Below, in pieces: positions 19,532-28,958 of a DNA stretch of 64,000 bases. The stretch is from the NCBI GenBank assembly GCA_036338595.1, contig JAYZBV010000077.1, positions 11,319 through 75,318 on the forward strand, read 5' to 3'. The stretch is from Planctomycetota bacterium. GTDB lineage: Bacteria; Planctomycetota; UBA8108; UBA1146. Each line of letters begins with the position of its first letter. The first letter of the stretch is position 1. The notes beneath the pieces were generated by a model. It ran no database searches and was not told where the DNA came from. It saw only the letters and a program-made list of their open reading frames with translations. The position numbers and the translations under genes were made by a program.

Positions 19532-19548
19532 TGTTTGGGTTGCCAAAC
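19532..19548. promoter_or_regulatory. Candidate DtxR/MntR-family operator between divergent feoA and the regulator gene
   Basis: TGTTTGGGTTGCCAAAC, identical to 15501-15517. Confidence 0.65.
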
Positions 19549-19645
19549 TCATCGAGTTCGATGGGCCGATTTGAGCCCAGGAAGAGCCCAGGAAGAGCTC
19601 GGGAGAAGCATCTGGCGACGGAAACAGGGGAAGTATGGAGGTGTG

Positions 19646-20191
19646 GTGAGCGACTGGCGAGAATTTGACCAGAACCCGGTGAGCCACTCTGCTGCGCATC
19701 ATCTGACCACCATCGGTGATCTTCACGACGAGGTGGGATACGCACGCGTTTCCGATGTAGCGAGGCATCTCGGGATCACCCGCGGCAGCGTCTCCGTGAC
19801 CCTCAAGGGACTGCGTCATCGCGGGCTGGTGGTGGAGGATGAGCACAAGCATCTGAGCCTCTCGGCAGAGGGCCAGCGCATCGCTCGCGGGATTCGCACG
19901 AAAAGGATCCTGATCCAGGCGCTCTTTCGCGATGTGCTGGGGGTTCCCGACGAGATCGCTGAACAGGACGCGTGCAAGATTGAACACCTCATCAGCGACC
20001 TGACTGCGGAGGCGGCCGCTTCACTACTGGAAGGTCTGGAGGAGACGAGCGAGACCGGACGGATTCAATCGTTGCTGAAATCGGCGCGAAGTTCCACCGA
20101 CGCTTCCTCTCCCTTCCCTGGTACTGCAACTCAGCAGATTGCGGACCGCCTCCTGAAAAAAGCAGTTGAAATCGAGAGTGAGGACTCATGA
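19646..20191 (+). CDS. DtxR/MntR-family metal-dependent transcriptional regulator
   Basis: HTH ARVSDVARHLGITRGSVSVTLKGL, LSAEG..IA and AEQDACKIEHLIS; GTG start after GGAGG. Confidence 0.9.
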   Translation: MSDWREFDQNPVSHSAAHHLTTIGDLHDEVGYARVSDVARHLGITRGSVSVTLKGLRHRGLVVEDEHKHLSLSAEGQRIARGIRTKRILIQALFRDVLGVPDEIAEQDACKIEHLISDLTAEAAASLLEGLEETSETGRIQSLLKSARSSTDASSPFPGTATQQIADRLLKKAVEIESEDS

Positions 20192-20640
20192 GTTCGAAGA
20201 TAACCCGTGAAGAAACCATCGCCAGGCTCAACGCACTGCTCGCTGAAGAGCTGGAAGCGTCGATTCGTTACCTTCATCTCGGCTCGATGGTTCAGGGGAT
20301 CGATCGCCTGATCGTTCAAAAAATACTTCAAGAAAACCACGAGGAGACGGTAGAGCATGCTCAGCAGATCAGCGAAAAGATCTTGCAACTCGGAGGCAAT
20401 CCTACGCCCAGGATCCAGTTGAATCTCGACGGCAAGAGGTATTCTGGACAGCAGGCGATTGCAGAGGCGCTGCTCTTTGAACAGGCAGCCCTCGATGGCT
20501 ATCGCGATCTGCTGGAGCAGGTGGATGCCAGCGGAGATGTGGTGCTCGAGGAGTTCGCGAGACAACAGGTTGCTGTCGAATCCGAGCATGTCTCTCAACT
20601 GCAGATGCTGCTGGTGGAGTCGCCTGTTGGCGATCAGTGA
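20188..20640 (+). CDS. Ferritin-like/bacterioferritin-type protein
   Basis: LNALLAEELEASIRY, EETVEHA...EKILQLGG.P, FEQAA..Y and ESEH di-iron helix-bundle motifs; ATGA overlap with the regulator. Confidence 0.85.
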   Translation: MSSKITREETIARLNALLAEELEASIRYLHLGSMVQGIDRLIVQKILQENHEETVEHAQQISEKILQLGGNPTPRIQLNLDGKRYSGQQAIAEALLFEQAALDGYRDLLEQVDASGDVVLEEFARQQVAVESEHVSQLQMLLVESPVGDQ

Positions 20641-20653
20641 CCGCCCCGGGGGG

Positions 20654-21103
20654 ATGACCTCTCTCGCTTTCCTGAATGGATTTTTTGCACTTGCCAGCGT
20701 CGGCCCGGCGCTGGGGCGAATCATCAATTCATACAACCTGCAGTCATACATCCAGGATCCCGAGCAAACCCGTGGACGCTGGCTCCGAGTGGAGATGCAA
20801 TCCCTACTCGATGCGCAGGTTGCCCCATTTCATCTGCAGTGGCTTGGCGTGCTCGGTGTTGTGGTGACCTTGTTGCTCGTCATCTCGGTGGTGGGATTGT
20901 TGAAGCGATCCCGTTGGGCAGGAAAGTGGTGTTCGACACTGGCTGCGCTGGGGATGATATCGGTTTCACTGCTGGCGCTGAAGATTCTGCCAGATGACGA
21001 GTTGCGGGCGGTGGGAATGGATCTGGTGAGGCAGTTGTTCTACCCGCTGTTTCTGTTGTTCATGGTGCAGGTGATCTTTCGTAAGGATCTGGGGAAGCGA
21101 TGA
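20654..21103 (+). CDS. Hypothetical membrane protein
   Basis: About four hydrophobic segments; its stop overlaps the start of the ABC permease. Confidence 0.6.
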   Translation: MTSLAFLNGFFALASVGPALGRIINSYNLQSYIQDPEQTRGRWLRVEMQSLLDAQVAPFHLQWLGVLGVVVTLLLVISVVGLLKRSRWAGKWCSTLAALGMISVSLLALKILPDDELRAVGMDLVRQLFYPLFLLFMVQVIFRKDLGKR

Positions 21104-22023
21104 GTCGTATTTCTCAAATACTCCTTCATGCTCGAAACTCGATGTCCCATTCGCTTCGATCAGGGTCGGGGATTGCCTTCATCGTATTGACGATGATGAC
21201 GGGGTTGGGAGTCGCCAGCCTGGTATTCATGCCCATCGAGTTGGAGATGATCACCCCAGAAGAGTTCAGAAATAGTGCTGCCCAGGCAGTGGGCTTCTTT
21301 CTCGCCATGGCGACGCTGCAGGGGGGAACCTTCAATACCATCTCGCAGCGGATGGAGGCGGGAGACCTGGTCGAACTGGCGACCTGGGGGAGATACCTGG
21401 TGCTGGACCATCCGGTGCTGCTGTCATTGACGGTGTTGCTACTGGGTCTGCTGCTTCCGATCCTGCTTCCACTCGGTTCTTTTGCTTCCATATCGGGTGA
21501 TGTCCAGCATCGCTCGATCCGATACCTGTTACCGAGAACAACCCGAACATCGCTGCTGCTGGGTCGGCTGCTGGGAGCATTGGTGCTTTCCTGGACCCTG
21601 ATCACCCTGCTTCAGGGAGCCATCGTCTTGTACCTGGGTATCGTGTTGCCCCTCGATGGCTGGAGTGAGCTGGTGCCGTGGGGGATTCGAACGCTGGGCG
21701 TGTTGATGGTGCTGTGCGTTCCATATGTTGCTCTGGGAGTGCTGTTCAGCACGCTCTTCAGGGTACCGATGGTGGCTTTGCTGGGATCCGTTGGGTTCAC
21801 CGTCGCTGTTCCAGTGATCTCCTTGAGTCTCAGACGAGCCGCAGAAGAGTGGGAAGGTCTGGGTTTTCTGGGCTATCTGATGTACCTGCTACCCTGGGGG
21901 TACTCCCACAACTTGCTGTCGCCGGATGGGCAGACGGTTGCCTGGGCGGTGTTGTTTTGCCTCGGTCATGGCTTCTTCTTCACCGTCGTGGCATTGCTTC
22001 GATTTCGAAGGATGGACCTGTGA
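21100..22023 (+). CDS. ABC-2 type transporter permease
   Basis: Multi-TM protein with SISGDVQHRSIRYLLPRTTRTSLLLGR; coupled to the ATPase gene. Confidence 0.8.
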   Translation: MSRISQILLHARNSMSHSLRSGSGIAFIVLTMMTGLGVASLVFMPIELEMITPEEFRNSAAQAVGFFLAMATLQGGTFNTISQRMEAGDLVELATWGRYLVLDHPVLLSLTVLLLGLLLPILLPLGSFASISGDVQHRSIRYLLPRTTRTSLLLGRLLGALVLSWTLITLLQGAIVLYLGIVLPLDGWSELVPWGIRTLGVLMVLCVPYVALGVLFSTLFRVPMVALLGSVGFTVAVPVISLSLRRAAEEWEGLGFLGYLMYLLPWGYSHNLLSPDGQTVAWAVLFCLGHGFFFTVVALLRFRRMDL

Positions 22024-22985
22024 ACCGATCGCATCACCAACTTCGGATTCAGGGGCTGAGCCACAGTTTTGGCGACAAGGTCGCCATCGACAACATCGAC
22101 TGGAGTCTCCCCGATCGAGGTGTTGTGGGTCTGGTGGGACCCAATGGCGCCGGAAAGACGACACTCTTCTCATTGATCGCAGGATTTTTGAAAGTGCAGC
22201 AGGGCTCGATCGAGGTGCTGGGAACTGCGTCTCCTGGACATCCAAGTCTGGTGAGCCGGGTTGCCGTGATGCCTCAAGACGCGATCTTTGCTCGAGATGT
22301 CTCGATCGGCGATCAACTGATGTTTCTGCGAGCTCTAGATGGAGTTCGAGGGGTCAGAGCACATCAAGATGTGGTCTCCACGATGGAGAGTGTAGGACTG
22401 GCTGACGAACTCGATCGAGGTGCTGCAGTCCTCTCCCACGGAATGGGTAAGCGCCTCGGAGTGGCGCAGGCTCTGCTCGGATCACCGGAGTTGATCCTGT
22501 TCGATGAACCCACATCTGGACTTGATCCTGCCAATGCGAAGCAGGTGCGGGAACTGATTCGAGAACTGGGCAAGTCGGCGCTGGTCATCGTGTCATCTCA
22601 TAATTTGCTGGAACTGCAGGACCTCATCGATGAGATCGCTGTGATCGCCGACGGCAAGATGATCGAAACTGGCACCATCGAGGAAGTGACCCGAAGAGAC
22701 CGTCGCTTCGAGATTCGAGTGGGGCGACAGGTCTCCGAAGATGAGAGTCAGCAACTGGAGCAAACAGAGCACGTCCGCAAGGTGAGCCCGGACGGGAATC
22801 GGATCACGGTCGACCTGGATGGCGGTGGCGAGGGGGGAATCGATGCGGCTCTCTGCGCACTGCTCGGAGGATTGCTGCAACTGGACCTGCCACCTCACGA
22901 GATGCGCGAGGGTGCGAGTCTCGAGGAGGCGTACCTGAGGATCACAGGGGATGAGGGGCCAGAGGAAGAGGAGCAGGAGGAGTAG
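22020..22985 (+). CDS. ABC transporter ATP-binding protein
   Basis: Walker A GPNGAGKT, signature LSHGM, Walker B ILFDEPTSGLD and SSH switch; GTGA overlap. Confidence 0.92.
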   Translation: MNRSHHQLRIQGLSHSFGDKVAIDNIDWSLPDRGVVGLVGPNGAGKTTLFSLIAGFLKVQQGSIEVLGTASPGHPSLVSRVAVMPQDAIFARDVSIGDQLMFLRALDGVRGVRAHQDVVSTMESVGLADELDRGAAVLSHGMGKRLGVAQALLGSPELILFDEPTSGLDPANAKQVRELIRELGKSALVIVSSHNLLELQDLIDEIAVIADGKMIETGTIEEVTRRDRRFEIRVGRQVSEDESQQLEQTEHVRKVSPDGNRITVDLDGGGEGGIDAALCALLGGLLQLDLPPHEMREGASLEEAYLRITGDEGPEEEEQEE

Positions 22986-23002
22986 TGCCACCGCCTGTGT
23001 AG

Positions 23003-24940
23003 TTACTGTCGCTGCAGTTGCGCTCTTTCCCTGAAACTCCGTGCCTCGGCGTTGATACCCGCCTCTTCGAGAAGTTTTGCGATGTCCAGCAGTAGCTGCG
23101 GTTCCTCGCCGACCCAGTCGATGAGGGCCTGTAGATGCCGAGCCGCGGCTTCCGGATTTCCCTGACCGACGGCATTGAGGGCCTGTCTTCTGGCGAGGTC
23201 CCCACGAAGATTGAGCAGAACGATGCGGTTTCCGAGCAGGATTCGCTGTTCATCGAGCCAGTCTGCCAGCGCCTTCGGCCCCGAAGCCCCTTCACCCGTG
23301 ATCTCGATCAGTTGGCCGAAACGCATCAGCAGGTCATCGGTCGGGTTTTCTTCCAGCGCTCGGGTCCACCAGGATCTGGCCGCCTCCAGATCACCGGAGA
23401 CGGCACTCATGTATCCGAGCTTCTCCTCCAGGACGGTCCCGGCCGGTTCGAACAGGGCCAGGCCCCCTCGGCCGATCCTGATCGTCTGCTGCAGGTGCCA
23501 GATGGCGCGGCGAGCGGAAGCCTTCACCTCGGTGGCAACAGGCTCCTGCTGAGGAAGCAGCACCCGATCAAGATTGACCCCTGCCAGGGCAAAGTGACCA
23601 TCCGCAAGGTGCTGGTTCCAGCGGGTATGACCCGCTGACACGGTCAAGAGTGCGCAGAGAATCGCGCTCGCCAGCAGCAGATGGGCGCGAGTCGTCGATG
23701 TCCCATCGCGACGTAGTGGCTGTCGATGTAGAGAGACATCGGGCTTCGTGAGTATCTGGTAACTCTTCCAGCACAAGAAGGTGATGGTGAGTGCCATGCC
23801 GGTGGCCATCAACATCGGGATCTGCTGTGCGACTCCTCGCCAGCATAGCCATGTCACCGCAAAGATGACCGCCAAGATCCCCTCACCAGCGAGAGACAGA
23901 TCAGATGTGCGTGTGGATGCCTTTCCTTTCGAAGTGCCCGAGATCAGACTTCCCATGCCGGGTCCGTAGGAAAGAACTCCGTTCGGGCACACATCGACAC
24001 AGTCGAGGCATTTCATGCAACCCGGATCGACGACCTGAGAATGGATGCGGATCTCGCGCGAGATCTGCACGTTCGAGGTGCAGTTGGCAGTGCAGAGCCC
24101 GCATGTATTGCACGCATCCAGGTTGGCGATTATTCGCATCGGAGCGATGCGATCTGCAACCGAGAAGAAGGCTCCATAGGGGCAACCGTAACTGCAGAAG
24201 CCCTTGGCCCCCAGCAGATAGACGCAGGCGAATCCACAGATGAGAAAGAAGGGGATCGCCACCAGCAGCGACGGAAAGGTGGCCCAGAAATCGGTCACCA
24301 TCAGATGGTCTGAAAACCCTGGCCAGGGAGTGACCGGACCCAACCAGCTGGCCACGGAAACGAAGTGCTGCTCGAGCCAGGGAGATGTCCATCGCTTCAG
24401 CGATGGCCACAGGAACATGTAGAAGGCGAGAATGTAGGGAACGAAACCGAGCAGGCGGGAGCGAAAGGGGCGTGGGCGGACGCCGACCCTTCGCATCATC
24501 CAGCCGCATAGATCTTGCAGCGCGACCATGTGGCAGGCCCAGCCGCAGAACCATCGTCCCAGGACGGCGGTCGAGAGGATCGCAACGATGAAGAAGATGA
24601 AGCCTGCATTGACCTGACCATTCTCCAGCGTGTACATGCTCTCCGATGGTTCGACAGGGGAGAGGGTGTTGCCGGTGATGATCCAGTGGAGCAGGTGGCC
24701 AGCGATGATCAGATGGACCAGACCGAGAAAGACGGCCCGGCGACGTCCGGATCGCCCCGGATAACGTTGGGAGGAGCGGCGATAGCCTTCGCAACCCTCG
24801 CGTGGTTTCCCGGAACTCGCCAATCGGCCCCCCGTCGCCGGGATGATAGCCGCAGGACCTCGTCGGGAGAATGGCAACGCCATGATCGCCGTGTCGATAT
24901 TGAGGAGGGGGGCAAGGTGTCGCAAGGGAAACAGAGCCAT
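23003..24940 (-). CDS. Membrane 4Fe-4S-binding (NapH/MauN-like polyferredoxin) protein with a TPR-like C-terminus
   Basis: GRWFCGWACH, FCSYGCPYG, CNTCGLCTANC and CMKCLDCVDVCP motifs with TM helices. Start is uncertain. Confidence 0.8.
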   Translation of the reverse strand: MALFPLRHLAPLLNIDTAIMALPFSRRGPAAIIPATGGRLASSGKPREGCEGYRRSSQRYPGRSGRRRAVFLGLVHLIIAGHLLHWIITGNTLSPVEPSESMYTLENGQVNAGFIFFIVAILSTAVLGRWFCGWACHMVALQDLCGWMMRRVGVRPRPFRSRLLGFVPYILAFYMFLWPSLKRWTSPWLEQHFVSVASWLGPVTPWPGFSDHLMVTDFWATFPSLLVAIPFFLICGFACVYLLGAKGFCSYGCPYGAFFSVADRIAPMRIIANLDACNTCGLCTANCTSNVQISREIRIHSQVVDPGCMKCLDCVDVCPNGVLSYGPGMGSLISGTSKGKASTRTSDLSLAGEGILAVIFAVTWLCWRGVAQQIPMLMATGMALTITFLCWKSYQILTKPDVSLHRQPLRRDGTSTTRAHLLLASAILCALLTVSAGHTRWNQHLADGHFALAGVNLDRVLLPQQEPVATEVKASARRAIWHLQQTIRIGRGGLALFEPAGTVLEEKLGYMSAVSGDLEAARSWWTRALEENPTDDLLMRFGQLIEITGEGASGPKALADWLDEQRILLGNRIVLLNLRGDLARRQALNAVGQGNPEAAARHLQALIDWVGEEPQLLLDIAKLLEEAGINAEARSFRERAQLQRQ

Positions 24941-25054
24941 GCAGGATCATGGCTACAAGTCAGAAAAGTGGCCGGATCCGTCAGGACCCGGCCACAGGTT
25001 ATTGATCGCGATGCATCCGCCGACGATCACGCCGATGCGTTGCCGGACCGCGTT

Positions 25055-26014
25055 CTAGTGGTCCGGTACGCCGTCCCCATCGTGATCATGACCAGCTCCT
25101 GCTTCGGGGTCTTCGTCGAGGCGCTTGAGCGCGTCCCCGATCATCTTCTGTCCCTGCTCGTTCCCCTCTAGCAATGGGTCTGCCAGCATCCGGCTGAGGA
25201 ACTGCATGGCGACCTCCTTCTCTCCCGACTCCTGCAAGTAGCCCTGGCTGTACCAGAGCGCATTGAGAACTTCCGAACCCTGGAGATCCGGGTGGTCCTT
25301 GAGAAATTTTACCAGCGCAGGGAAATCTGGTTCTTCAGAGTTCATCAGTGCCATCAGGTCGCTGCGAGCCCGGTGCTTGGCAACCATCTTGACCAGTTCC
25401 TGATCGCTCGACTTCGCCGCCATGTCGAGGAACTTCTTGAAGTCCGGGTAGCCGAGCAGTTCGTGTTCGGCGAGCACGGCAAACGCATCAGCGAGAAGAC
25501 CTTGCTGCTCATCTTCCTTGGCCGAGAGCAGTGCCTTGATCTTATCTCCGGAGCCGCGCAACTCGGAGAGATGCTCGAGGTACTTCTCGGGACCACCCTG
25601 CTGATAGCCGGTTCTTGCGTAGGGCCGCATCTGGCTGTCTGCCAGGATGATGGTCGGGAAGCCATTGACTCCCATCTCCTCGCGGCTCTTCGAGTTGAGG
25701 GCTTCATCGATGACCTTGGCCTTTGCCTCATCGGATCTCGGGAAGTCCAGATACAGGTAGATGTATTGCTTGCCTGCACTTTCATGAAAACTCGGGGTGG
25801 AAAACACCTCGCCATCGAGACGTTTACACCATCCGCACCAGTCGCTGCCGGTGAAGTTGATGAGGATGTCTTTCCCCTCCTTTTGGGCCAACTCCCTGGC
25901 GACACCGATGTCCATCACCCACGGAAGTGGTTGTGCGGCTGCGGGGGCGGTGGGTTCGTCTCCGGTGGTCAACGGTGACCAGGCCATCAGGACCGTCAGG
26001 ATGATCATCGACAT
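25055..26014 (-). CDS. Secreted thioredoxin-family protein (WCGWC)
   Basis: Signal peptide; NFTGSDWCGWCKRL, LDFPR and GVNGFPTI motifs; C-terminal GHDHDGDGVPDH. Confidence 0.85.
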   Translation of the reverse strand: MSMIILTVLMAWSPLTTGDEPTAPAAAQPLPWVMDIGVARELAQKEGKDILINFTGSDWCGWCKRLDGEVFSTPSFHESAGKQYIYLYLDFPRSDEAKAKVIDEALNSKSREEMGVNGFPTIILADSQMRPYARTGYQQGGPEKYLEHLSELRGSGDKIKALLSAKEDEQQGLLADAFAVLAEHELLGYPDFKKFLDMAAKSSDQELVKMVAKHRARSDLMALMNSEEPDFPALVKFLKDHPDLQGSEVLNALWYSQGYLQESGEKEVAMQFLSRMLADPLLEGNEQGQKMIGDALKRLDEDPEAGAGHDHDGDGVPDH

Positions 26015-26304
26015 GAAACTTCTCCTTGCACTGGAGATGGATTTCTCCAGGTAATCTGCATCTTGAAACCGGCGGTATCATCGGTCGCTTCCCTCGAGAG
26101 GGTTGCACCACGAAGGGTCCAGGATACTCCACTCCAGCCGGATCGGAAACCCAAAGGAGAGGGGTCCAGAGCGGTTCTGGAGGCGAAACGAGCGTCTCGG
26201 AGCCGCAAAAATTGCTCCGGAATCTCGACATCGGCAGCGCCACGAGCGACAACATATCGGAGCAGTCACCTCTCCCTGGTGTTCGAGGTGGGCAGGAGAA
26301 TCCG

Positions 26305-26631
26305 GTGGCGCTGGAAGTGGTGTGGAGTTCGGCCTCGGCAGAATAGTGCGAGGGTTGCAAGCAAGGAGCAGGAGAATGCCAGTGTCGGAAGCGAGTTCCC
26401 GTGGGAGTAGCTAAGATTCGCATCGAAAAGAGACGTGGTAAGACCGTCACCGTCATCGCTGATCTTGCGCTCGAAAAATCAGATGTAAAATTGCTGCTGA
26501 GGGATCTGAAGAAGCGCTGTGCCACAGGAGGAACCAGCAAGGGGACATCGATCGAACTTCAGGGAGATCAAGTCGATGTTGTGAGGCAGTGGCTCGACGC
26601 GTGCTCCATCGCCCACAGGGGATGGAACTGA
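26305..26631 (+). CDS. yciH: Translation initiation factor SUI1/YciH family, interrupted by an in-frame TAG at 26344-26346
   Basis: AGGAG RBS and GTG 26305 give MALEVVWSSASAE*CEGCKQGAGECQC...IRIEKRRGKTVTVI...LKKRCATGGTSK...IELQGD. The core domain is intact from 26401. Confidence 0.8.
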
Positions 26632-26635
26632 TCGC

Positions 26636-28273
26636 TCAGTCTCGCTCGGCTGCAGAGGATTTGCTGTCTGCAAGATCCGTGTCACTCCAGGGTCTGGAGA
26701 TGACACAGGCGTTGATGCCGCCGACTCCCATCGAGAGTTTCCCTGCATATCCCTCGGGTAAGGGTGAAGCAGTGTCGCCAACAAAGTTGCCATGCACCCG
26801 GGCGATCTCTGGATTCAACTCCTGGTCACCGAGATCGGTAGGAGGGACCATCCTCTCCTCGCCAGAGAACATCTGAGCCGTCAGTTCCCAGCCGCCACAA
26901 CTGCCCATGCCGTGTCCGAATGTGCCCTTGCGGGCGGTCATCAGCACATCTTCATCGAGGATTCGGCGCGTGTTTTCCACTTCCAGATAGTCGCCAGGAG
27001 TCGCGGTACAGTGCAGATCCCAGGTGGCGATTTCGCTCGGATGGGCTCCTGCGCTGGCCATCGCCTTCGTGATGGCTTCCTGCGGTCCCTCGGCGCTGGG
27101 TGTGATGATGTGGTCTGCATCGGCTGTCAAGCCCACTGCGATCGGCTCCATTCCGATCGGCTGAAAACCACGAGCACGCATCTTTTCAAGGTCTCCGATG
27201 ATCCAGACGCAGGATCCGCCACTGACATGAGTTCCTCGCAGGCCCGTCAGAGGTTTCGAGACGCTTCCATCACTGGAGAGAACCTTGGCCGCGCTGAAGG
27301 CGCCGACCGTCAGAGAGCATGGGGCAGGATCAGTGGCTCCGATCACGACCGCCTCTGCTTCCTCCCTCTCGATGGCATCGATCCCCAGTTTGAGAGAGAC
27401 ACCGAAGGTGGAGCATGCGGCGACAGGAGCGAAGCAAGGTCCGGTGATTTTTCCCATCATGGAAATCTGGGTCGGAGGGCTGCTGTGGATGTTCCACAAC
27501 ACATTGGAACTGATGGATGCCCACGGTTCTGGCGGTGCTCCCCATTCCTTACGCAGCGAGGCCGCGCGCTTCATCTTTTCACGAAGTACCGACGATTTCC
27601 CTGCCTCCACCTCACCCTCGACACTCAGGTTCTCGATCTCTCGCAGGGAAGCCAGGTACTCCTGCAGGTTGGATGAGTGAGCGGCCCAGAACGAATTCCA
27701 GATCCGCCTCGCTTCCTCACTCGCAGCAGCTTCCATTGAATCGGGATCGGCGGGTGCCTGGTCGCGCAACTCGGGTGGAGAATCTCCTGCATCGTGCGCT
27801 GCTCGTGCCGGGCAGCGTTCAGGATCTGCCCAGAAAGCATCCCATTGCCTCTGTGCCCGATCTGCCTCGAGAGTGATCTGGGCGATGGTGGGGATATCGC
27901 CGAGCCCGGTGCCGACATAGACATGTGCGTCGCTGCCCATCTCCTGCAGAGCTGCTTCAATCCCGGGATTCTGATCGAGAGCCTGGATGAATGAGCCCAC
28001 GGCATAGAGCGTGGGTTGCCCCATCTTCGATTGCAACTGCGAGAAACGGCTTGGAGGGAAGCGCTCTTCGATCCAGCCGTGGTACTTCTCGAAATCGAAG
28101 GAAGGGTTTCCTACCAGGAAGTTGCTCGGCCCGAAGTCGCTGAAGGGCTCCAGCCAGGAGCCGCCATCCGCGAGCCGCCTCCGGAAACTGTCGACATCCG
28201 GACAGCCAGGAGCGACCACTCCCCAGCCGAAGATGCCGATACGACGGTTTGCTGTTCTGGCCGGGAGATTCAA
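26636..28273 (-). CDS. Beta-ketoacyl-[ACP] synthase (FabF-like) with a large insertion
   Basis: IFGWGVVAP, catalytic Cys in AACSTF, His in DLHCTATP and KGTFGHGMG, and C-terminal SMGVGGINAC. Confidence 0.8.
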   Translation of the reverse strand: MNLPARTANRRIGIFGWGVVAPGCPDVDSFRRRLADGGSWLEPFSDFGPSNFLVGNPSFDFEKYHGWIEERFPPSRFSQLQSKMGQPTLYAVGSFIQALDQNPGIEAALQEMGSDAHVYVGTGLGDIPTIAQITLEADRAQRQWDAFWADPERCPARAAHDAGDSPPELRDQAPADPDSMEAAASEEARRIWNSFWAAHSSNLQEYLASLREIENLSVEGEVEAGKSSVLREKMKRAASLRKEWGAPPEPWASISSNVLWNIHSSPPTQISMMGKITGPCFAPVAACSTFGVSLKLGIDAIEREEAEAVVIGATDPAPCSLTVGAFSAAKVLSSDGSVSKPLTGLRGTHVSGGSCVWIIGDLEKMRARGFQPIGMEPIAVGLTADADHIITPSAEGPQEAITKAMASAGAHPSEIATWDLHCTATPGDYLEVENTRRILDEDVLMTARKGTFGHGMGSCGGWELTAQMFSGEERMVPPTDLGDQELNPEIARVHGNFVGDTASPLPEGYAGKLSMGVGGINACVISRPWSDTDLADSKSSAAERD

Positions 28274-28383
28274 CAGGGGCCCCTTTTCAACGACTCCATC
28301 CTGCAGATTCCGGGGGCGGAAGGAAGCGATCCTGCGGATGTTTTGCCCCGCTGGCGCACTAAATACGGCTCACAAGCGCCAGA

Positions 28384-28956
28384 TCAGAGTTCCAGGAACC
28401 AGCGGTGGACCTGCGAATCAGTCGTCAATTCGGGGTGGAAGGTGCAGGCGACGCAGCGTCCTTGCCTCACGGCGACCGGTTCCTGTGCTCGTGTCGCCAG
28501 GATCTCCACATCGGCGGCGGGTCGATCGAGACGCGGTGCCCGGATGAAGACGCCCTCGCCCACTCCGGATCGAGGGCCCGAGATCCACTCGACGTCACCG
28601 ATGAAGGAATGGACCTGGCGACCATATCCATTTCGCTGCACCCCGATGTCGATCAGATTCCAGCGCCGTGGCGCTTCGCCATCGTCGCGCCCCAGCAGGA
28701 TCGCTCCGGCACAGGTGCCGAGCACTGCGAGGTCTTCAGCCACAACACGGTCGATGATCATCCTCGACAGGGAGTGGAGATGGAGCAAGTGGCTCAACGT
28801 GGTGCTCTCGCCACCCGGAATCACGAGGTGAGTGATGTCATCGAGTTGGTCGGGGCGACGCAGTTCGAACGGCTCCGCACCCGCTGCCGACAACGCACGA
28901 AGATGCGGCTCGACAGAACCCTGTAACGCCAGAACTGCTGGGCGGACCGATGGCAC
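28384..28956 (-). CDS. pdxT: Pyridoxal 5'-phosphate synthase glutaminase subunit
   Basis: VLALQG, IPGGESTT, GTCAG, RNGYGRQ..SF, FIRAP and FHPELT. Confidence 0.95.
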   Translation of the reverse strand: MPSVRPAVLALQGSVEPHLRALSAAGAEPFELRRPDQLDDITHLVIPGGESTTLSHLLHLHSLSRMIIDRVVAEDLAVLGTCAGAILLGRDDGEAPRRWNLIDIGVQRNGYGRQVHSFIGDVEWISGPRSGVGEGVFIRAPRLDRPAADVEILATRAQEPVAVRQGRCVACTFHPELTTDSQVHRWFLEL

Positions 28957-28958
28957 GG

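Noticed and set aside
26344..26346. Global TAG reassignment or pyrrolysine
   Set aside because: TAG is a normal stop for ileS, miaE and others, and no pyl genes are in the window. It is kept only as an open local anomaly.
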